Assembly: GCA_963706595.1 (NCBI GenBank)
Contig: OY970166.1
Coordinates: forward strand, 5,056,001-5,120,000
Length of the DNA stretch: 64,000 nucleotides
DNA from: an uncultured cyanobacterium
GTDB lineage: Bacteria > Cyanobacteriota > Cyanobacteriia > Cyanobacteriales > Nostocaceae
Direction of reading: 5' to 3'
Made by a program: the position numbers and the translations under genes. Each line of letters opens with the position of its first letter. The stretch's first letter is position 1. A model generated the notes under the pieces. It saw only the letters and a program-made list of their open reading frames with translations, ran no database searches and had not been told where the DNA came from. Below, piece after piece: positions 11,569 to 22,678 of the stretch.

Positions 11569-12897
11569 ATGAATCGGCAGAAACTAAGTGGTGTGGAAAA
11601 AAAATTCCTACAAAGACGTTATGGTGTGAGTCTGGGAAGACGTTACGTTTTAGCAGCAGCTAGTGTGGTTCTGTTCGGTGTATTAGGCTGTTCCCAGGTT
11701 AGTGGTAATACAAATCCCCTGTCACAATCTGATTTACTTCATGCAGAGACTCGATTGCCAAAAAAAACTTTAATTTCTGATGCCAAACTGGTGGATGCTA
11801 ATAATAAATTTGGCTTCAAACTGTTTTCCGAAGTTTTGAAAAATAACAGTAGTGAAGAGAACATTTTTGTTTCTCCTTCAAGTGTCGCGATCGCGCTGGC
11901 TATGGCATATAATGGAGCCAGTGGTTCTACTCAACAAGCAATGGCTAAAACCCTAGAATTACAGGGGATGAGTCTACCAGAAATTAACTCTGCTTACGCC
12001 ACATTAAAAGAGTTATTAGAAAATCCTGACCCGCAAGTGCAACTGACTATTGCTAACTCCCTATGGGCAAATAAAGCAGCTACTTTGCAGCCTAATTTTC
12101 TCAAAAGCACTCAGGATTTCTACAAAGCCAAGGTTACGAATTTAGACTTTAAAGATGCCGACTCTGCCAATACTATCAATCAGTGGGTGCAAGATAGTAC
12201 GCGGGGGAAAATTAACAAAATAGTTGACCAAATTGAACCTGATCAGGTATTGTTTTTGATTAACGCCATATATTTTAAAGGGCAATGGAGTAATCAGTTT
12301 GATAAATCACAAACTGCTGAACATCCTTTTAAATCAACATCTGGAAAACAGAAGCAACACCCGATGATGTCGCAAACTGGCGAATATAGATACTATGAAA
12401 ACGACCAGTTTCAGGCGGTGAGTTTACCTTATGGCGAAGATGGCAAAGTCAGCTTTTATATCTTCTTGCCGAAAGAGGAATCTAACCTCCAAACCTTTTA
12501 TCAAAACTTGAATTTTGAGAACTGGGAAAAATGGATGTCTCAGTTGCGAAATCAGGATGGATTTATTCGCTTACCCCGCTTTAAAACAGATTATGATGTC
12601 ACACTCAATGATGCACTGAAGGCTTTAGGTATGGCAGAAGCTTTTAGCAATCAAGCCAATTTTTCCGGTATGGGTGAAAATCTAAAAATTAGTGAAGTTA
12701 AACATAAAACATTTGTTGAGGTAAACGAAGAAGGTACAGAAGCCGCCGCCGCCACATCAGTAGGAATGGTACCAACATCTTTTAGAGAAAAACTAGAACC
12801 TTTCCGCATGATTGTTGATCGTCCCTTTTTCTCTGCAATTCGAGATAATCAAACAGGCAGTATTTTATTTATGGGTTCCATTACAGACCCCCAGTAG
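11569..12897 (+). CDS. Serpin, probable lipoprotein
   Basis: NIFVSPSS, NAIYFKGQW, EEGTEAAAAT hinge, DRPF; lipobox-like VLGC. Confidence 0.93.
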   Translation: MNRQKLSGVEKKFLQRRYGVSLGRRYVLAAASVVLFGVLGCSQVSGNTNPLSQSDLLHAETRLPKKTLISDAKLVDANNKFGFKLFSEVLKNNSSEENIFVSPSSVAIALAMAYNGASGSTQQAMAKTLELQGMSLPEINSAYATLKELLENPDPQVQLTIANSLWANKAATLQPNFLKSTQDFYKAKVTNLDFKDADSANTINQWVQDSTRGKINKIVDQIEPDQVLFLINAIYFKGQWSNQFDKSQTAEHPFKSTSGKQKQHPMMSQTGEYRYYENDQFQAVSLPYGEDGKVSFYIFLPKEESNLQTFYQNLNFENWEKWMSQLRNQDGFIRLPRFKTDYDVTLNDALKALGMAEAFSNQANFSGMGENLKISEVKHKTFVEVNEEGTEAAAATSVGMVPTSFREKLEPFRMIVDRPFFSAIRDNQTGSILFMGSITDPQ

Positions 12898-13005
12898 GAA
12901 AGTGCTGATATGAGGAACGAACCGCAAAGGACGCAAAGTACACAAAGAAAGAAATTCAGCGCAGCTTTACACAGCATTGGTATGAGTGCTGAGTAAGTTT
13001 CTTTC

Positions 13006-13040
13006 CCCCACTCCCTACTCCCTACTCCCCACTCCCCACT
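13006..13040. repeat. Heptamer short tandem repeat (CCCCACT/CCCTACT)
   Basis: Five 7-mers between convergent genes; same family at 51705-51748. Confidence 0.85.
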
Positions 13041-14199
13041 AAGGTAATCCCGGTTCCGAAACACCCAGAGAATTGTGAGGTTCAGATGTTGGTGATTTTT
13101 CTGTAACAACGGGTGCTGGTTTCTCTTCCGCTTCATTATTCAGCCCTTGAGGACGCAAGGCTGTTAAAGCCGTCTTAATAATTACAGCAGTGGGTACTGC
13201 CACAATTACCCCTAAAAGTCCACCAACTCTTGCCCCGGTCAGCACTGAAATTAGTATCCAAACTGGGTTTAAACCAGTAAAGCTACCTAAAATTCGGGGT
13301 GCAATTAAGTTTTCTAAAATTTGCTGCACGATTACAGCTGCGATTAAAACTTTAACTCCCATTGAGAAATCTTGCAGCGCGACTAGGGAGGTAGTCAGGG
13401 CTATACCTACCGAACCGCCAAAGGGAACCAGCGCCATGATGCCAATAGTTAAGCCAAATAACAACCCAAATGGCACTTTCAGCCATAAAAAGGTCGGAAT
13501 TAGGGCTGATGCCATACAGGTAGATAAAATTAGTTGGGTGATGAAAAAGTTTTGGAAACTCAGGCGGACTGTTTTAGAGAACGGGGCGCGAAATTTGGTA
13601 GGTAGCCATTCTACTAAACTCTGCCAGAGTTCACCGCCATGCTGCAAAAGGTAGAAAGTCAAAACCATTGTCAGGAGGAAATCTAGCAGGCTGGTGAATG
13701 TCACCACTGCTAAATTTAACACTTGTCCGGCGATCGCTTGCAATTGACTCTTGACGCGATCGTTAATTTGGACTACAAGAGCATCAAGGTTAATTGGTAA
13801 ATTCAGGGTTTCTGCTTTCTCATTTAACATCATTAACTGAGAACGGCCAGAGTCGATTAACTCTGGTAATCGCGCCACCAATTGCTGGGCTTGGGTGAGG
13901 GCGAGGGGAAACAGGGTGACACCCAGCGCTAACAGCACCGATAAGGCGATCAAAAACACTAAAATGGCAACTTGTTCTCGCCTAGCACCTTGACGCTCCA
14001 TCCAGCTTACCGGATAGTTGAGTAGAAATGCTAGAACTGAAGCTCCCACTAAAATAGCTATTAAGGAGTGGAAATAATGGAAAATAGCCGAAATCGCCCA
14101 ACCATTGAGAACTAAAATGGGGGCGCATAACGCGATCGCCCCAATGCGCGCTATGGGTGTAAATGTCTGCCACCAGTTGAGTAGCTTGCGTGTCTGCAT
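13039..14199 (-). CDS. AI-2E family transporter
   Basis: Multi-TM; QQILENLIAPRILG...LNPVWI...GGLLGVIVAVP. Confidence 0.9.
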   Translation of the reverse strand: MQTRKLLNWWQTFTPIARIGAIALCAPILVLNGWAISAIFHYFHSLIAILVGASVLAFLLNYPVSWMERQGARREQVAILVFLIALSVLLALGVTLFPLALTQAQQLVARLPELIDSGRSQLMMLNEKAETLNLPINLDALVVQINDRVKSQLQAIAGQVLNLAVVTFTSLLDFLLTMVLTFYLLQHGGELWQSLVEWLPTKFRAPFSKTVRLSFQNFFITQLILSTCMASALIPTFLWLKVPFGLLFGLTIGIMALVPFGGSVGIALTTSLVALQDFSMGVKVLIAAVIVQQILENLIAPRILGSFTGLNPVWILISVLTGARVGGLLGVIVAVPTAVIIKTALTALRPQGLNNEAEEKPAPVVTEKSPTSEPHNSLGVSEPGLP

Positions 14200-14307
14200 C
14201 TTTAGCCGATTGCGGGATAGAACAAAATCAAATCTGTATCCATAGCTTATTATCTCTAACTACGTCATTAAAATTCATCTGTCTAGCTTAGGATTGGACT
14301 CAGACCA

Positions 14308-14700
14308 ATGGAAAACCTTGAACCAATTGAAAATTCCCAGTACACTCAAAACACAGCTACTTCCAAGAGACAGTTGCTTTTGTATCTAATTCCAGTCATT
14401 GGCTTTTTTCCATCCTTGTGGACTCTCTATCGCCACAGGGGAAGTCGGGAACAACTGGTTGTGAGTCGCCTGTCTATTACTTTGGCATTTACTTGGCTAT
14501 TGGGGTATTTTTTATTAGCAACTGGAACCGCGACTTCAGAATTTTTCACATTACGGATGTTAATCCTCAATAGTTTTCTGACATCTGGTTACTTTTTAGT
14601 CAGTGTTTGGCTAATTATTCGAGTCATTCAGGGGAAATCTCACCGTTTATCAGGGTTAAGTAGCTTTGCCGAACGAGTGTTGGGGAAGTATTTGTCTTAA
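14308..14700 (+). CDS. Small membrane protein
   Basis: 130 aa with three hydrophobic segments. Confidence 0.7.
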   Translation: MENLEPIENSQYTQNTATSKRQLLLYLIPVIGFFPSLWTLYRHRGSREQLVVSRLSITLAFTWLLGYFLLATGTATSEFFTLRMLILNSFLTSGYFLVSVWLIIRVIQGKSHRLSGLSSFAERVLGKYLS

Positions 14701-14976
14701 TTTTGGCAAATTATTCCATTTGTTTAATCGTATTTTTACTGATTTTTTACCCAAATGCCACCTGATCTTCTATGAGGTCTAGTCAAAGTAACATATTGTT
14801 GTCATACTTCAATAAATTGTCTCCGGATTGGCCACCAACCAAGAGAAATCCTGGTATAAGTATTTTGGTTAACAAAACAGAAACAAGTCAGTAATGTTAA
14901 TTAAACGTTCATTTATGTAAGTTAGTTTGGTTGCTTAATAATTAGTCAGAAAATTTACCGAGTTTGATCAGTAAGT

Positions 14977-16401
14977 GTGAGGAAGTCTGTGACCAGTCAA
15001 AGAACTTCGGCGAAAGAAAAGCAGTTAGCGAAAGCCCTCAAATCGAAAAAGAAACATTCCCTCAACTCTAAGTCTGGACGTTGGCTGTGGTTCTGGCTGG
15101 GTATGAGTGGGATTGCAATGGTGTCAGCAACAGCAGGGGCGCTGTTAGCGGTTTCTTTGACCGATACCCCATTGCAGCAAGCACAGTTAAGTCCCCAGGA
15201 GGAGGCGGTTTTTGATGGCGATCGCATCTCTGGTAGTGGATTACGGTTCTCAGAATTAACTCGCCCCGTTAATCTCTTAGTAATGGGGATGAGCGTACTT
15301 CCATCTGACATTAATAATCCTCCTCTGGAATTGCAAAATCTGGGCTATGAACCCCAGGTAAATTCTTTTGATGGGCTGGCTGATGTGATGATCTTAATCA
15401 AATTCGATCCAGCCACAAAAAAAATAGCCATGCTGTCAATTCCCCGAGATACTCGGACAGAAGTTATTGGGTATGGAGTGAAAAAACTTAATGCTGCTAA
15501 TGTCGATGGGGGGCCAGCCTTAGCTGCCAAAAGTGTAAGTAATCTCCTGGGTGATGTCGCCATTGATCGCTATATCCGCATTAATGTTCTGGGTGTTGGC
15601 AAACTAATTGATGCTTTGGGTGGGGTGACAGTACACGTTCCCAAGGATTTAAAATACCAAGATGACTCCCAACGCCTATATATCAATTTAAAAGCAGGTA
15701 AACAGCATCTCAACGGCGATCAGGCTTTGCAACTATTACGCTTTCGCCATGACGAACTCGGAGACATTGGTCGGGTTCAACGTCAACAAATGCTGATGCG
15801 AGCCTTGATGGATCAGACTCTTAACCCGGCAACAGTCACCCAAGTGCCTAAAGTTCTCAACGTAGTTAAAGACAATATTGATACTAACTTAACAATTGAA
15901 GAATTATTAGCTCTAGCAGGTTTTGGCGTGCGAACGAACCGTGCCAATATGCAGATGTTCATGTTACCAGGTCGTTTTAGCCAACAGAATGAGTATATTG
16001 CCAGCTATTGGCTACCAGATAAAACTGGTATTTCTCGCATGATGTCTCAACACTTTGGTCTGGAATTAACTCGTGAACTCAGACAGGTGAATTTACGCTC
16101 GATGCGAGTCTACATTCAAGATAGTACAGGAAGCGATCGCTCTGAACTCATGCCTTTAATTAGAACTTTAGAAGAATTCGGATATCGCAAAATCCAGGTG
16201 TATCAACCTTGGAATGAACCTCTACAAGTATCTAATATCATCGCCCAGCAAGGAGACAGTGAGAGTGCAGAGTTAATTCGCAGCGCTTTGGGATTTGGGG
16301 AAGTGCGAGTGGAAAGCACTGGTATTATTGATTCTGATGTTACTATCCAACTTGGTCAGGATTGGTTACAACAAAAACGTCTCTTTGAAGCGACTTATTA
16401 A
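14977..16401 (+). CDS. LCP (LytR-CpsA-Psr) family protein
   Basis: N-terminal TM, SIPRDT, LRFRHDELGDIGRVQRQQ, LytR_C-like tail. Confidence 0.93.
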   Translation: MRKSVTSQRTSAKEKQLAKALKSKKKHSLNSKSGRWLWFWLGMSGIAMVSATAGALLAVSLTDTPLQQAQLSPQEEAVFDGDRISGSGLRFSELTRPVNLLVMGMSVLPSDINNPPLELQNLGYEPQVNSFDGLADVMILIKFDPATKKIAMLSIPRDTRTEVIGYGVKKLNAANVDGGPALAAKSVSNLLGDVAIDRYIRINVLGVGKLIDALGGVTVHVPKDLKYQDDSQRLYINLKAGKQHLNGDQALQLLRFRHDELGDIGRVQRQQMLMRALMDQTLNPATVTQVPKVLNVVKDNIDTNLTIEELLALAGFGVRTNRANMQMFMLPGRFSQQNEYIASYWLPDKTGISRMMSQHFGLELTRELRQVNLRSMRVYIQDSTGSDRSELMPLIRTLEEFGYRKIQVYQPWNEPLQVSNIIAQQGDSESAELIRSALGFGEVRVESTGIIDSDVTIQLGQDWLQQKRLFEATY

Positions 16402-16436
16402 TAGGTATCCCTTCTGTGAGAAATTTTCTAGAAATC

Positions 16437-16464
16437 AAAAGTGCTGAGTTCTCAGCACTTTTTT
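16437..16464. terminator. Intrinsic terminator, probably bidirectional
   Basis: AAAAGTGCTGAG-TT-CTCAGCACTTTTTT hairpin after the LCP stop. Confidence 0.75.
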
Positions 16465-16531
16465 GTTAAAGGTTTACTTTAACCGGAAATTTTTATAAAA
16501 TGATTTTATCACCAGATTCGCAGAATTATAG

Positions 16532-18262
16532 ATGGATTGGATTACACTACTGCGATCGCTACAGTCTGATTTTATTAAAAGATTAACATCCGGTTTTTTA
16601 CTTCATTGTGAAATAGAAGGTCAATATAGTGAATTAACTGTTATTTCTGGAGACAGGTTAAAGGCATTACGAGAATTTTGCTGGCTGATGGCGGAAAAAT
16701 ACAAACGCACTTCGCCAGTACGTGACGTTTTTATTAACAACCTGAAAGGTAAACTGGGTGAAGAAGTTGTCAAAGAACGTTTAGCTGATTTGATCACAGA
16801 AGTTGATTATGAAACCAAATTCGGCGGCGATGGCAATATTGATTTTACCTTGAATTCTGACTCCAAAATTGGTGTTGAAGTTAAATCCCGTCATGGCAGT
16901 ATAGATAAAGTCAGATGGTCAGTTAGTTCTCAAGAAGTTGCCAAAAATGCAGTTGTAGTTTGCATTTTAATTCAAGAAGAAGTCAACGAAGCCCAACCTG
17001 AATATCACCTGTTTTTAGCTGGCTTTTTGCCCACGCAAATGATTAAGTTAAGAACTGGTAAAATCTCCTTCGGCATCAATCAATTATTATATGGAGGTGG
17101 TTTATGGTGCTATCTAGAACAGTTACAAACTTCTAATAATCATCAAGATTTTTCCTCTAATTCATCTCCAACTTATCAGGTAAATCCTGAGTTTTCACGC
17201 TCTGCTGAACAAGCAACGGGGAACCTAACCCCCCAACCCCCTTCCCTACAAGGGCAGGGGGAGAATTTAAAGCCTCTCTCATTACAAGGTCAGGGGGAGA
17301 ATTCAAAGCCTCTCTCCTTGCAGGAAAGAGGTTTGGAGAGAGGTTTTACAGATGACGTGAAAAGCCAGCAAGATTTAAATATATTTAATATCAAACTGGG
17401 TGATGAATGTTTTGCGAAAGGTGAATATGAGGCGGCAATTAATTACTATAACCAAGCCTTACAACTAAAAGATGATGCTGATATTTATTACAAATTAGGT
17501 TTAAGTTCCTATCAACTAGGAGATTATGAAGCAGCAATTATAAGTTTTTCCCAAACAATTCAGTTAAACTTTAATGATGGCAAAGCATATAATAAAAGAG
17601 GTTTAGCTCGTTATCAACTAGGAAATTATCAAGAAGCAATAGAAGATTATACCCAAGCAATTAGAATTAATCCTCATGTTGCCGTTGCGTATAAAAATCG
17701 GGCTGAAGCTCGTTCTCACATCGGAGATAATCAGGGAGCAATAGAAGATTACACTCAGGCAATCAAAATTAATCCTCATTATGCCGATGCTTACAAAAAC
17801 CAGGGAATTGCCCGTTATTTTATAGAATATCATCAGGGATTTTCTCAGGCAATTAAAGTTAATCCCCAGGATGCCGTTGCTTACAAAAATCGTGCTGATG
17901 CTCGTGCTGATTTAGAAGATTATCAAGGTGCAATTGCCGATTATACTCAAGCTATAAAGATTAAATCCAATTATGTAGATGCTTATTATAACCGTGGTAA
18001 TTCTCATTACGATTTAGGCGATTACGAGGGAGCAATTGAAGATTACACCCAAACTATTAAGATTAATGCTAATTATGCTAATGCCTATTATAACCGTGGT
18101 AATGTTTACTCCGAGCTAGGAGATAAACAGCTAGCAATTGCGGATTTTCGCAAAGCAGCAGATATTTATCGTCGAGAAGGTAAACTAGAAGCCCTTAAAG
18201 ATGCTCGCGAAAGAGTTTCTGATTTAGAAATCGGCGAATCATTAGACATTTTAAATTTCTAA
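16532..18262 (+). CDS. TPR protein with N-terminal PD-(D/E)xK-like domain
   Basis: About 8 TPRs (AIEDYTQAIKINP...AY.NRG); N-terminal GKLGEE...DGNIDF...VEVKS. Confidence 0.8.
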   Translation: MDWITLLRSLQSDFIKRLTSGFLLHCEIEGQYSELTVISGDRLKALREFCWLMAEKYKRTSPVRDVFINNLKGKLGEEVVKERLADLITEVDYETKFGGDGNIDFTLNSDSKIGVEVKSRHGSIDKVRWSVSSQEVAKNAVVVCILIQEEVNEAQPEYHLFLAGFLPTQMIKLRTGKISFGINQLLYGGGLWCYLEQLQTSNNHQDFSSNSSPTYQVNPEFSRSAEQATGNLTPQPPSLQGQGENLKPLSLQGQGENSKPLSLQERGLERGFTDDVKSQQDLNIFNIKLGDECFAKGEYEAAINYYNQALQLKDDADIYYKLGLSSYQLGDYEAAIISFSQTIQLNFNDGKAYNKRGLARYQLGNYQEAIEDYTQAIRINPHVAVAYKNRAEARSHIGDNQGAIEDYTQAIKINPHYADAYKNQGIARYFIEYHQGFSQAIKVNPQDAVAYKNRADARADLEDYQGAIADYTQAIKIKSNYVDAYYNRGNSHYDLGDYEGAIEDYTQTIKINANYANAYYNRGNVYSELGDKQLAIADFRKAADIYRREGKLEALKDARERVSDLEIGESLDILNF

Positions 18263-18515
18263 ATTTTTGCGTCCCTTGTAGAGACGCGATTTATCGCGTC
18301 TTCTTACTGAACAGGAATATCACAGCGAAGCTACGGTATACGCACAAGTCAGCAAAGAGACCCCACCCCTAACCCCTCCCCGCAAGCGAGGAGGGGAACT
18401 AGATTTACGCTTAAATTTGGTTTTTAGGACTTTTCACACATCTGCTAAGAAAGAAATGGTATTAGCATTTGCGCTCAAGCGCAACTACAAACTAGGATAA
18501 TTTATTCATGCTGAT

Positions 18516-19961
18516 TTACTGAGCCGCTTTAAAATAACCGTGAAAACTATGAGGAATCACACTAGGTAAACCCAATCGACACACGGGTTCTGCATCTAGG
18601 CGATCGCTCTCAAATACCCAAACTTCGCTACTATGAGAATTACCATCATAAACCACTGTCAAAACCCAACTTTGTTCAGAGTTTTGGACATCTTGCACAG
18701 GTAAAGCTTCGGAAGGATAGCAATTTTCTGGTAAATTAGCTTCAGTGAAAGTTTCAGTCTGATGATCGAACCGTCCAAAGGTATTTAATATTTCTTGACT
18801 AATATCTGTGCCTTCTCGGAATGACGACATATAGGTATAACGGGAAGCTTTCCCTATATTTGGCTTCGGGACATGAGGAAATTCACAACTTCTGTCTGAT
18901 AGTTGCTGAATTGAGGTCACTTTAGCAGTTTGGGGTTGCAGATGAACTCGCGTCAGGGTACTTTTAGCTGGAGTGTGAGTTTTTCCTGTAACTACTTCTC
19001 GCAGATATTGATTTGTCTGGAAATCTTGATAACGGGCGAAATCTACCACCACAGCACCACTAGCATCTACATAACCATTACCAAAATGCCATTGATACCA
19101 AGGTTCAGTTTCTCCACGACTTACCAAAGATAAGGTTTCACGGTCGAATACTAAAATCTGAGTCCCCAGTTCCGGTTTCCACTGAAAAGCATCACAGTAG
19201 GTGCTGATACCTGCTATCACAGGAACGAGATTTAAGCGCAGCGCCGGAATGAAAAATATCAAATATTGTCCTGCTAAAACAAAATCGTGAATTAATGGCA
19301 CACCTTGTAATTTCACTTCAGCTTTTTGAATGATTTTGCCAGTAAAGTCACTTTTATAAACATTTAGCATCGCATTCAGTCCGGGACTGACACCAAAGTT
19401 AAAAATTTCCCCAGTTTGGTAATCCACTTTCGGATGAGCAGAATAGGCTAATCCTTGATTCAAACCATCTAAATCATCCAAACCTCGTGTTTCTAAGGTC
19501 TGGAGGTCAAGAGAATGGGGATTTCCACCTTCCCAAAGTGCCAAAAGCTTGTCAGGTAATGGGAGGACTGAAGTATTAGCAACATTCTTGACTGGTTTGA
19601 GCCACTGATTCCAAACAGGTCCGGGTGCAGTCATGCCATAATTACCGTAAAGCAGTTTACCAGCTGCGGCTTCTTCTTGATAGCCAACAGTCTGCACATA
19701 ACGATAAACTCCTGTAACACCTGCATCGGTAAAATTAACCGCCAAAATTGCGCCATCACCATCAAACCAGTGTCCCACAGGAATACCACCACGTTCTAAC
19801 CGTCCTGGTCCATTGCGGTAGAGTGTACCGCGCAAGCCTTCAGGGACTTTTCCACAGAGAATGGGTAAGGGGGTAAGGGGAAATTCTTTTGCAGGTTGAG
19901 CGATCGCACCTGCCCAGGTTTTATGAGTTAATGATGGAATAGTTGTTGTCATAATTTTCAT
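18516..19961 (-). CDS. Carotenoid cleavage oxygenase family
   Basis: GTLYRNGPG, HWFDGDG, SAHPK, IHDF, EFP, HSFHG iron-ligand motifs. Confidence 0.93.
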   Translation of the reverse strand: MKIMTTTIPSLTHKTWAGAIAQPAKEFPLTPLPILCGKVPEGLRGTLYRNGPGRLERGGIPVGHWFDGDGAILAVNFTDAGVTGVYRYVQTVGYQEEAAAGKLLYGNYGMTAPGPVWNQWLKPVKNVANTSVLPLPDKLLALWEGGNPHSLDLQTLETRGLDDLDGLNQGLAYSAHPKVDYQTGEIFNFGVSPGLNAMLNVYKSDFTGKIIQKAEVKLQGVPLIHDFVLAGQYLIFFIPALRLNLVPVIAGISTYCDAFQWKPELGTQILVFDRETLSLVSRGETEPWYQWHFGNGYVDASGAVVVDFARYQDFQTNQYLREVVTGKTHTPAKSTLTRVHLQPQTAKVTSIQQLSDRSCEFPHVPKPNIGKASRYTYMSSFREGTDISQEILNTFGRFDHQTETFTEANLPENCYPSEALPVQDVQNSEQSWVLTVVYDGNSHSSEVWVFESDRLDAEPVCRLGLPSVIPHSFHGYFKAAQ

Positions 19962-20080
19962 GGAAAAGGAATAATATTAGCAAAACCCTGAATCAATCCC
20001 AAAAAAGTTCCGCAGTTCTGCAACTAACGATATATTTTTAAAATCTAACCCAAACAAAATCACTGTTTTTTGTTGAATCT

Positions 20081-20893
20081 ATGAAATCTTATTTAGCCGC
20101 CGCTATTCAAATGACCAGTGTATCCAATTTACACAAAAACTTAGTCCAGGCAGAAGAACTAATTGACTTGGCTGTGCGTCGAGGTGCTGAATTAGTGGGA
20201 TTACCAGAAAACTTTTCTTATATGGGAGAAGAGAAAGATAAACTCGCACAAGCTGACGAAATTTACCGTGAATCTGCCCAATTTCTCAAAAAAATGGCGC
20301 AGCGCTACCAAGTGACAATTTTGGGCGGTAGCTTTCCAGTTCCTGTAGAAAATACAGGCAAAGTTTATAACACTACAATCCTGATTGACCCCAGTGGCGA
20401 AGAACTCTCCCGTTATTATAAAGTACACTTATTTGATGTTAACGTCCCCGACGGCAACACTTATCGAGAATCTAGCACTGTTGTAGCTGGTAAGGAACTT
20501 CCCGTAGTTTATTTTTCAGAACAACTGGGTAATATTGGACTTTCTGTTTGTTACGATGTCCGTTTTCCGGAATTGTACCGACATTTGTCAGATAAAGGCG
20601 CAGATGTGATGTTTGTGCCGGCGGCTTTTACAGCTTTCACGGGTAAAGACCACTGGCAAGTATTATTACAAGCCAGAGCTATTGAAAATACTGCCTACGT
20701 AATTGCACCTGCTCAAGTTGGCAATAATTACGACCGTCGCCACACCCACGGACACGCGATGATTATCGACCCTTGGGGTGTAATTTTAGCTGATGCTGGT
20801 GAAAAACCGGGAATTGCGATCGCCGAAATTAAACCCTCTCGTTTGGAACAGGTTCGCCGTCAAATGCCGTCCCTAGAACATCGGGTATTCTAA
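20081..20893 (+). CDS. Carbon-nitrogen hydrolase (Nit1-like)
   Basis: LPE, KVHLFD, CYDVRFPE triad; ARAIEN. Confidence 0.93.
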   Translation: MKSYLAAAIQMTSVSNLHKNLVQAEELIDLAVRRGAELVGLPENFSYMGEEKDKLAQADEIYRESAQFLKKMAQRYQVTILGGSFPVPVENTGKVYNTTILIDPSGEELSRYYKVHLFDVNVPDGNTYRESSTVVAGKELPVVYFSEQLGNIGLSVCYDVRFPELYRHLSDKGADVMFVPAAFTAFTGKDHWQVLLQARAIENTAYVIAPAQVGNNYDRRHTHGHAMIIDPWGVILADAGEKPGIAIAEIKPSRLEQVRRQMPSLEHRVF

Positions 20894-20903
20894 ATATTGA
20901 ACG

Positions 20904-20991
20904 GAGACGCGATGAATCAAGACGCGATGAATCGTGGAGACGCGATAAATCAAGACGCGATGAATCAAGACGCGATGAATCGCGTCTCTAC
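20904..20991. repeat. Tandem-amplified small dispersed repeat (GACGCGATGAATC units)
   Basis: Five units ending in CGCGTCTCTACA; single palindromic copies at ~18278-18301 and ~58958-58983. Confidence 0.85.
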
Positions 20992-21005
20992 AAGAGTGAA
21001 GATTT

Positions 21006-22223
21006 ATGCTACCAAAAACTATCCAACTGCTAATCAGTCTTAGTCTCATGGGGCTTGTTTCTTGTAACGGTACACCAACCGAATCAATCGACAGCCAAAC
21101 CACATCACCAGTAAATGCTACATCGGTGAGTTCCGAAACTCCAGCCTGTAAATTTGTGGAAAACGGCGTTGGTTCCCCAGGAAAGGTGAAAGTACGAGCT
21201 GAGGAAGTAGTCACGGGTTTAGAGGTTCCTTGGGGAATTGCTTTTTTACCCAATAACAAAATGCTGGTGACGGAAAGACCAGGACGGGTAAGATTAGTGG
21301 ATAATGGAGAATTAAGGCGATCGCCTGTCGCTAATCTCAATATTACCGCTTCCGGTGAGGGTGGATTGCTGGGAATTGCCGCACACCCAGATTTTGCCAC
21401 TAACAGATTTTTCTACGTATACTACACCACCGATAAAAATGGTTCCCCAGTCAACCGAGTTGAACGTTGGCAATTATCCTCAAATGGACTAAGTGCATCA
21501 TCAGACCGAATTATTATTGATGATATCCCAGCAGCTCTATATCATAATGGCGGGCGTTTGCGCTTCGGACCAGATGGAATGCTGTATATTGGCACTGGTG
21601 ATGCTAGAGAACCGCAAAGTTCCCAAAATGTTGATAGTTTAGCCGGTAAAATTCTGCGCTTAACTCCAGACGGACAAGTTCCCGCAGATAATCCATTTCC
21701 AAATAATCCCGTTTTTATTACCGGTATTCGTAACACCCAAGGTTTTGACTGGTATAATCCATCAACGCTGTTTGTCACAGACCACGGACCGAGTGGAGAA
21801 TTAGGCAGAACTGGAGAAGATAAACTGTCTGTACTCCAAGCTGGTGAAAATATGGGCTGGCCTTCCGTAGAAAACTGTGAAGCTGAACCCGAATTTGTGC
21901 GTCCCTCACTGGTTTGGCGTGAACCAGCACCTCCAGGCGGAGCAGCAATTTATACTGGAGATTCTATTCCAGAGTGGAAAGGTAATTTAATTATTGGTAC
22001 TCTGCGTTCCCGACATCTGCATAGAGTTGTATTCAACTCAGACAACCCCAGTCAAGTGCAAACCCATGAAGTATACTTTCAGGGAAATTCCCCAAATGGT
22101 TTTGGGCGAATTAGGGATGTAATCATGGGTACAGATGGTGAGTTATACATCACTACCAGTAATTGTGATGGACGCGGAAACTGTCCCCAAGGTCAAGATA
22201 AAATTATCCGCATCACTCAATGA
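21006..22223 (+). CDS. PQQ-dependent sugar dehydrogenase, lipoprotein
   Basis: GLEVPWGIAFLP, GEGGLLG, HNGGRLRFGPDG, GIRNTQG; lipobox LVSC. Confidence 0.9.
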   Translation: MLPKTIQLLISLSLMGLVSCNGTPTESIDSQTTSPVNATSVSSETPACKFVENGVGSPGKVKVRAEEVVTGLEVPWGIAFLPNNKMLVTERPGRVRLVDNGELRRSPVANLNITASGEGGLLGIAAHPDFATNRFFYVYYTTDKNGSPVNRVERWQLSSNGLSASSDRIIIDDIPAALYHNGGRLRFGPDGMLYIGTGDAREPQSSQNVDSLAGKILRLTPDGQVPADNPFPNNPVFITGIRNTQGFDWYNPSTLFVTDHGPSGELGRTGEDKLSVLQAGENMGWPSVENCEAEPEFVRPSLVWREPAPPGGAAIYTGDSIPEWKGNLIIGTLRSRHLHRVVFNSDNPSQVQTHEVYFQGNSPNGFGRIRDVIMGTDGELYITTSNCDGRGNCPQGQDKIIRITQ

Positions 22224-22678
22224 CAAATGCTGAGTTATCCCAAAATTAACAGTAACTCTCCTAATATTGGCTCTTAGGATTAATACCAGAACTAACCCTT
22301 GTAGAGACTTTCAATGGAATGTCTCTACATTCTTTACCGGAAATGTATATTATAGAATTTACGCACTTTACAAATTAATCCGGGTATAATTTCAATAAAA
22401 TACGTCGTTTCAGACTTTTATCCGCGATTATTTTGATTATAAATAGACCAGCATTGTAGGGGTTTAGCATTGCTAAACCCCTACGAAAGATATGGTTTTT
22501 GACAACACATATTTAATGTTAATTGTCAATGCGTAACTTCTATACAGCAAGTTCCAATTATATAAGGTACTCTTAGCCCCCTCCTCGCTTGCGGGGAGGG
22601 GGTTGGGGGTGGGGTTCTTGTACTTCATAACACCGGGAAGTGCTATATTGGTTAAAAATCATTAATCAAGTTGAAATT

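Noticed and set aside
20873..21400. 175-aa minus-strand ORF with IHRV repeats
   Set aside because: Antisense to the dehydrogenase and runs through a dispersed repeat
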